Of a stretch of 64,000 nucleotides of DNA, positions 58,443 to 64,000 are shown piece by piece. Below the pieces are notes generated by a model, which did no database searches, was not told the origin of the DNA, and saw only the letters and a program-made list of their open reading frames with translations. The position numbers and the translations under genes were made by a program. The stretch spans positions 3,525-67,524 of the forward strand of contig JABJHR010000015.1 of assembly GCA_018661705.1 (NCBI GenBank), in the 5' to 3' direction. Each line of letters begins with the position of its first letter. The first letter of the stretch is position 1. This DNA is from Candidatus Woesearchaeota archaeon (GTDB taxonomy: Archaea; Nanobdellota; Nanobdellia; Woesearchaeales; DSVV01).

Positions 58443-59699
58443 TTACTTTAAACTTTGTAGATATTCTATTCTTTGAGTGTAAATTTTCCTTAGTTCTTGG
58501 TGTGTATCAGGATGTCTGTCAAGCATTACATTCTTTTTGTCAATAATTTCTTGAATAAATGAGCTTGGTATTGAAGCTCTGTCTTGCCAACCAAAATGAT
58601 GTGCTCGCCATTCTCCAACATCGTTTATATCTAAATATGGGCATCTTTCTAATAATGCTTCATATAATGTTTCTTTAGAGTATGAGCTGAAGATTTTTAA
58701 TGTCTCAAAATGGTCTAAAACATTTTCTAATGCAACCTGTGGATCACATCTTTTTCCACCACCATCATAAATAATACATTTTTCTAAAAGGTAAACAGCT
58801 TTACTTACCCATTCTTGTTCAAATTCAGGAGAAATTAAAACACCTTCTCCGATCCCTGGCAAAAAGTCAGTGCCTGGTTTTTGATTAGGAACATTAGTTT
58901 CATCTTGTTTTGCTAGCCCAAATCTTCCTTCTAAATAAATGAGATTAAATACAAAATCATCTGTGAAGTATTGTTGATTTTCTGCTACAAATCTTTGAAC
59001 TTCTTTTTCTGTATTTATACAGCCAATTGTTGTTAATGTGATTGAGCCAATTGTATATCTTGCATCTGAATAATAAGGCTCCTCTCTGAACTCGGCATGT
59101 TTTTCTTCCATTCTTTCAACAAATTTTTCTAAACCATCTCTTATGGAAGCACCACTTGCACTTATATCTCCTAAAACCATATGTATTTTTCTTACATGTT
59201 GTGGTTCCTCTTTTTCAAAAATCTTTTTTTCTCCAGAGCTATATACAACCCAGCTTTTTCCATCTCCATCTGGGTTTTCTCTTTGTGCTAATCGCATTTG
59301 TTGTTTTGCTCTATAACCTAATTTATATATAACTTTAGAAATGTCAAAATTAAGTGCGCCCCTAAGAATTACATATTGGTCAATGTAATTTCTTTCACCA
59401 CATTCTTGTTTTCCATTTTCATCTGCTTTTCTTCTATCTCCCCATGTTTCTTTTAACATTGAGGCCATTGTATCAGATAACATAATTCTTTCTATGCCTG
59501 CTTTTAATACATCACTAAAGAAATCTTTATGAACATAATCAATTAGATCAGATTGTGTACAAACTCTTCTTGTTTCAGGGGTAGAAGCAATAAATCTTTG
59601 TATTCTTTCATCTAATTCAAAATCCTTGCTAGAATTCTCTATTTTGTATAATGCAAAATTAGGCCCTGGGTCTCTTTCTACTATCTTTAATAAATCCAT
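58443..59699 (-). CDS. Hypothetical protein (418 aa)
   Basis: No recognised motif. Amino-acid composition (R/D/G/W-rich) differs somewhat from the K/I/N-rich neighbours. Confidence 0.5.
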   Translation of the reverse strand: MDLLKIVERDPGPNFALYKIENSSKDFELDERIQRFIASTPETRRVCTQSDLIDYVHKDFFSDVLKAGIERIMLSDTMASMLKETWGDRRKADENGKQECGERNYIDQYVILRGALNFDISKVIYKLGYRAKQQMRLAQRENPDGDGKSWVVYSSGEKKIFEKEEPQHVRKIHMVLGDISASGASIRDGLEKFVERMEEKHAEFREEPYYSDARYTIGSITLTTIGCINTEKEVQRFVAENQQYFTDDFVFNLIYLEGRFGLAKQDETNVPNQKPGTDFLPGIGEGVLISPEFEQEWVSKAVYLLEKCIIYDGGGKRCDPQVALENVLDHFETLKIFSSYSKETLYEALLERCPYLDINDVGEWRAHHFGWQDRASIPSSFIQEIIDKKNVMLDRHPDTHQELRKIYTQRIEYLQSLK

Positions 59700-59785
59700 T
59701 ACTTCACCAGATTAAAAGGGAAGGTGGATTTGTTTATAAAATTTATGTGATTAATTTTTTCTTTTTCTTTCTATTTCACACAAGA

Positions 59786-59797
59786 TTTATATATAAA
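59786..59797 (+). promoter_or_regulatory. Candidate TATA box for alaS (leaderless-type spacing)
   Basis: tttatatataaaaa is centred about 28 nt upstream of the alaS ATG, in a divergent intergenic region. Confidence 0.35.
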
Positions 59798-59818
59798 AAC
59801 CCTCTTTTCACATAGATA

Positions 59819-62332
59819 ATGGGAGACAAAGACTTAAAGAGGAAGTTTAAGGCAATCGCTAGTAAAGATCCTGATAAATATTATGCTACGTCTGTATTAA
59901 AACAAGAAGGTTTTGTGAGAAAGCAGTGTAAATGTGGTACATTCTTTTGGACAACTAATTCAGATCAAAAGATTTGTGATGATCCTGCTTGTTCTGGCGG
60001 ATTTAGATTTATAGGTAAGGGCTTAGTTAAAGAAGAATTAGATTATGTTGGTGTATGGCAGAAATTTGCTAAGCATTTTAAGAAATTAGGATATACACCA
60101 ATTCAAAGATATCCAGTTGTAGCAAGATGGAGAGATGATACTGATTTTGTTCAGGCTTCCATATATGATTTTCAACCTTATGTTGTTTCTGGAGAGGTTA
60201 AACCACCAGCTAACCCATTAGTTGTGCCTCAATTTTGTTTAAGATTTAATGATATTGATAATGTTGGAATTACAGGGGCGCATTTTACAGGGTTTGTAAT
60301 GATTGGACAGCATGCATTTTTACCTCCAAAAGAATTTAACCAAACTCAATATTTCAAAGACATTCATTCTTGGCTTACTAAAGGTTTGGGCTTACCAAAT
60401 CATGAGATTACTTACCATGAAGATGCATGGGCAGGCGGTGGAAATTTTGGGCCGTGTATGGAATTTTTTTGCCGTGGATTAGAATTAGGTAATCAAGTTT
60501 ATATGCAATATGAAGTACTTCCGGGTGGAAAACAAAAAGAACTTAATCTTAAAGTATTGGATATGGGGATGGGCCATGAAAGAAATGCATGGTTTGCTAA
60601 AGCATCTGCTACTAGTTATGAAGCTGTTTTTCCAACTGTTTGTAAAAAATTATATAGTTCAACTGGATTAAAAGTTGATCAACAACTTATGAAGAAATTT
60701 TTACCTTATGCGTCTTACCTTAACGTAGATGAAGTTGATAATATTGATAAAGCATGGCAGATGGTAGCTAAAAAAGTAGGGGTTAATGTAAAAGAACTAA
60801 AAGAATTTATTCAACCATTATCTGGCATTTATTCTATTGGTGATCATACTAGAAGTTTGCTTGTTGCATTAAATGATGGTGCTTTGCCAAGTAATGTTGG
60901 TGGTGGTTATAATCTGCGTGTAATATTAAGACGAGCTTTAAGTTTTATTGATCAGTATGGCTGGGATATTGATTATATTAAAGTAGCAGAATGGCATGCT
61001 GATTATTTGAAGAAATTATTTCCAGAGCTAAAAGAAAATCTTAATGAAGTTGCTGAAATATTAAAAGTAGAGAAAAATAAATATGAAAATACTAAACAAA
61101 AATCTTCTCAAATTGTTGAAAGGTTGATTAAAAGTAAGGAAAAGATTGATAATGCGAAATTAATGAATCTTTATGATTCTCAAGGAATCTCTCCTGAAAT
61201 AATTAGAGAAGCAGCAGTAAAACAGAAAATGAAAGTAATTATTCCTGATAACTTCTATGCACAAGTTGCTGAATTACATGAAAAGAAAGAACAAAAACAT
61301 GCAACTGTTAAAAAAGGCAAATTAGATTTAGATGATGTAAAGGAAACAGAAGGATTGTATTTTGATGATTGGAAGAAGTTGAAATTTGCAGGGAAAATTG
61401 TTAAAATAATTGATAATAATGTTGTCTTAAATAAAACCAGCTTTTATCCAACTTCAGGTGGGCAAATTCACGATCTTGGAACCTTAAATGGGAAAGAAGT
61501 AGAGACTGTTTTCAAACAAGGAAATGTTGTTTTGCATAAATTAAAAGATGTTTCGGGCTTTAAAGTTGGGAATGATGTCGAGGGAATTATTGATAAAGAT
61601 AGAAGAAAACAATTATCTCAGCATCATACTGCAACACACATTATTAATGCTGCTGCAAGACGTGTTCTTGGAAGGCATATTAATCAAGCAGGAGCTAAAA
61701 AAACAATGGAAAAAGCACATATTGATCTTACTCATTATAATAGTTTAACTGATGAAGAAGTAAAGAAGATTGAAATAGAAGCAAATAAAATTATTGATAA
61801 AGATATTCCTGTTAGAAAGAAATTTTATAGTAGAGATGGGGCAGAAAAAAAGTTTGGTATGACTATTTATCAAGGCGGAGCTGTTCCAGGTGATAAATTA
61901 AGAATAGTTGAAATTCCTGAAGTAGAGGTAGAAGCATGCGGTGGAACCCATCTTAATTCTACTAAAGAAGTTGATGAAATTAAAATACTAAAAGCTTCAA
62001 AGATCCAAGATGGAATTATTAGAGTTGTATTTACAGCAGGGAAAGCAGCAAAGAAAGAACAAGCGGGCATGCAAGGAATTCTTGAAGGATTGTGTAAAGA
62101 ACTAGAATGTGTTGGTAAGAGTAACTTAATTCCTGCAAGAGCTGATGAATTATTTAGATTATGGAAAAAAGTTGTTAAGAAAAAGAAAGAAGCAAATAAA
62201 GAGTTAGTAAGTAAAGATGAATTTAAAGGCAATTGTGATGAAATTATTTCTAAAACCTGTGATATATTAAGAACACAACCAGAACATTTAGTAAAGGCAG
62301 TTAAAAGGTTTAAGAAAGAATTAGAGATGTGA
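59819..62332 (+). CDS. alaS: Alanine--tRNA ligase, archaeal type
   Basis: 837 aa. Class II catalytic core, an editing domain with HxxxH...CxxxH zinc motifs (HHTATHIINAAARR; ACGGTH), and a C-terminal DHHA1-like region. Confidence 0.9.
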   Translation: MGDKDLKRKFKAIASKDPDKYYATSVLKQEGFVRKQCKCGTFFWTTNSDQKICDDPACSGGFRFIGKGLVKEELDYVGVWQKFAKHFKKLGYTPIQRYPVVARWRDDTDFVQASIYDFQPYVVSGEVKPPANPLVVPQFCLRFNDIDNVGITGAHFTGFVMIGQHAFLPPKEFNQTQYFKDIHSWLTKGLGLPNHEITYHEDAWAGGGNFGPCMEFFCRGLELGNQVYMQYEVLPGGKQKELNLKVLDMGMGHERNAWFAKASATSYEAVFPTVCKKLYSSTGLKVDQQLMKKFLPYASYLNVDEVDNIDKAWQMVAKKVGVNVKELKEFIQPLSGIYSIGDHTRSLLVALNDGALPSNVGGGYNLRVILRRALSFIDQYGWDIDYIKVAEWHADYLKKLFPELKENLNEVAEILKVEKNKYENTKQKSSQIVERLIKSKEKIDNAKLMNLYDSQGISPEIIREAAVKQKMKVIIPDNFYAQVAELHEKKEQKHATVKKGKLDLDDVKETEGLYFDDWKKLKFAGKIVKIIDNNVVLNKTSFYPTSGGQIHDLGTLNGKEVETVFKQGNVVLHKLKDVSGFKVGNDVEGIIDKDRRKQLSQHHTATHIINAAARRVLGRHINQAGAKKTMEKAHIDLTHYNSLTDEEVKKIEIEANKIIDKDIPVRKKFYSRDGAEKKFGMTIYQGGAVPGDKLRIVEIPEVEVEACGGTHLNSTKEVDEIKILKASKIQDGIIRVVFTAGKAAKKEQAGMQGILEGLCKELECVGKSNLIPARADELFRLWKKVVKKKKEANKELVSKDEFKGNCDEIISKTCDILRTQPEHLVKAVKRFKKELEM

Positions 62333-62337
62333 TTCTT

Positions 62338-63456
62338 TTATATTCCAATTCCTAATAATGCCATTGTCCAATTTGAATATAATTCTATGTCATTGCTTTT
62401 TAGGTTTAATGGTTTGGTGTAATCAGTTTGTTTTTCATAAAGCAATTCTTTTTTCCTTATTGATTCAATTAATTCTTCTGCTTTTTCTTCTAAACCAATT
62501 GTAATTAAACATCTAATCAAGGTCATAGATTCTAATTTGTCTAATTTTTCAGTTATTGCTACTGATCTTTTTTTTGTTTCACTGATAACTTCTATTGCTT
62601 CTGTTTTAAATCCTGCTTTGTAGAGGGTTGCTGCCCAATAAAAATTTGTAGAAGATAATGGTTTTTCTTCTCTACCTTTTTCATCTAATACTGCAGAATT
62701 CTTTAATAATCCATTTTCTTGATATAAGTTACTTTGCATTATGCGTTTTATCATATCTCTAGCTTCTTCTAAATGACCTAGCTCTATCATTGTGTTTGTA
62801 TAATCTACATTTGCTCTAGAATAAACTTCGTAGAATGATTGTATACCATGGCTTCTTTTAAATCTATAACTACAGTTTAAAAAACCATCTTCTCTCATTA
62901 GCTTGCTTGATTTTATTGCTTTTAGGGTTTTTTGTGCTTCTTCTTCTAATCCTAATTTATTTAATCTTCTTGCCCAATTAAGGTTAAAGTGTGCTTCTGT
63001 AATCCATACTAAATCATTTTCATAAAAATGTTGTGGAGTATATTCTCTAATTAATATTATTTCTGGTATTTTTTTCTCTTCACTGATAACCCATTCAGGT
63101 TCATCTCCCCATCCTCTTTCCACATGTTTGAAAGTTATACTTTCATCTCCAAACACATATTGTTGATTGTCATTTGCTGATGCATTTATTTCTCTATTTT
63201 TTATCTTTTTATAGAATTCTAATGCAGATTCATCAGAACCTATTTCAGTTAATAATTCAAGATAAGATAGAACATCAATGAAAAAGATTTTATTTTTGTC
63301 ACCACTATGAACATAGAAATTATTTGTGGGTTCTCTCATCATATTATCATATGTTGCAAAACTTGGAATAGAATCAAATATTTGGACTGCTTCTCTTAAT
63401 CTATCTACTTTAAGTTTCATATAAATCCCCCTATTCATAAAGAAATCAATTTGCAT
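62338..63456 (-). CDS. Hypothetical helical-repeat protein
   Basis: 372 aa, predicted all-alpha with TPR-like periodicity and no catalytic motif. Confidence 0.45.
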   Translation of the reverse strand: MQIDFFMNRGIYMKLKVDRLREAVQIFDSIPSFATYDNMMREPTNNFYVHSGDKNKIFFIDVLSYLELLTEIGSDESALEFYKKIKNREINASANDNQQYVFGDESITFKHVERGWGDEPEWVISEEKKIPEIILIREYTPQHFYENDLVWITEAHFNLNWARRLNKLGLEEEAQKTLKAIKSSKLMREDGFLNCSYRFKRSHGIQSFYEVYSRANVDYTNTMIELGHLEEARDMIKRIMQSNLYQENGLLKNSAVLDEKGREEKPLSSTNFYWAATLYKAGFKTEAIEVISETKKRSVAITEKLDKLESMTLIRCLITIGLEEKAEELIESIRKKELLYEKQTDYTKPLNLKSNDIELYSNWTMALLGIGI

Positions 63457-63560
63457 TTATAAAGTTTAAGAAATAGTTTTGGATGTAATTTAGTTTGTTA
63501 GATTCTAATTGACTTGAACCTATCGATAAATTTATATATTTTAGCTACTTATTATATTAT

Positions 63561-63821
63561 ATGAATAAATCTAAGATACTAGGTATTGTGATAATAATGT
63601 TGTTATTATTGTTTGTAGCTTTTGCAGTTTACAAATTCAGTGATGCACCAAGCGTATGTTATGATAGCGCAGAGATTGATCCTGTAACTGATGAAATTAA
63701 ACCTGTTGGTGGATGTAATCCTGAGTATGGGTCAGTTCTTTCAGAAATGACTTTACCATTTATTTTATGGTTGATTATTTTTGTAATATCACTAGTATTA
63801 TATTCCAAATCAAAGAAATAA
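63561..63821 (+). CDS. Small two-TM membrane protein
   Basis: 86 aa with hydrophobic helices at both ends. Confidence 0.3.
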   Translation: MNKSKILGIVIIMLLLLFVAFAVYKFSDAPSVCYDSAEIDPVTDEIKPVGGCNPEYGSVLSEMTLPFILWLIIFVISLVLYSKSKK

Positions 63822-63825
63822 TGGG

Positions 63826-64000
63826 GTTTATATTTATTCTTTTTTCTCAACAGGTTTCATATCAATCTTTAATTTAATTTCTTCAGAAACTTCTATATCT
63901 CCTTTGCCATCAAAGTCAATCTTATCTGCTTTACATACTGCTAAAAGATCTCCCATTGTAAACTCTAGTTCTTTTCTGGTTTTTTCATCACATTCAATTG
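63826..64000 (-). CDS. 3' end of a CDS that starts beyond the window (hypothetical)
   Basis: Open minus-strand frame to the window edge, reading ...ELEFTMGDLLAVCKADKIDFDGKGDIEVSEEIKLKIDMKPVEKKE-stop. Confidence 0.3.

Overview
AT-rich archaeal chromosomal segment, probably from a small-genome DPANN-like lineage. The archaeal/eukaryal-type markers are fibrillarin, Nop5, uS2, an archaeal UMP kinase, RadB, HerA, an aKH protein and CDP-archaeol synthase. About 55 CDSs are dense on both strands. The housekeeping genes are nadK, thiE, cysS, alaS, pgk, a bacterial-type gap, two class II ribonucleotide reductases flanking a corrinoid adenosyltransferase, tandem speH paralogs, secDF, a two-component pair and an archaeal phospholipid head-group cluster. 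The accessory content is a roughly 10-kb cell-surface and glycosylation island, two secreted proteins that share a novel Cys-rich module (one a 1597-aa BNR-repeat lipoprotein), and a bacterial-type lgt. The sequence feature the ORF track does not explain is a set of GC-rich intergenic repeat families in an otherwise AT-rich genome. Family A is four copies of a roughly 85-bp palindromic element with conserved A-tract and T-tract flanks. Family B is two copies of about 110 bp between convergent genes. Family C is two copies of a GGTTTGGAAGG tandem array paired with an AACCTTY array. There is also a roughly 250-bp GC-rich island that may encode a structured ncRNA. No CRISPR array, rRNA or confidently foldable tRNA was found. 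All functional calls rest on motif recognition by eye, because no searches could be run.
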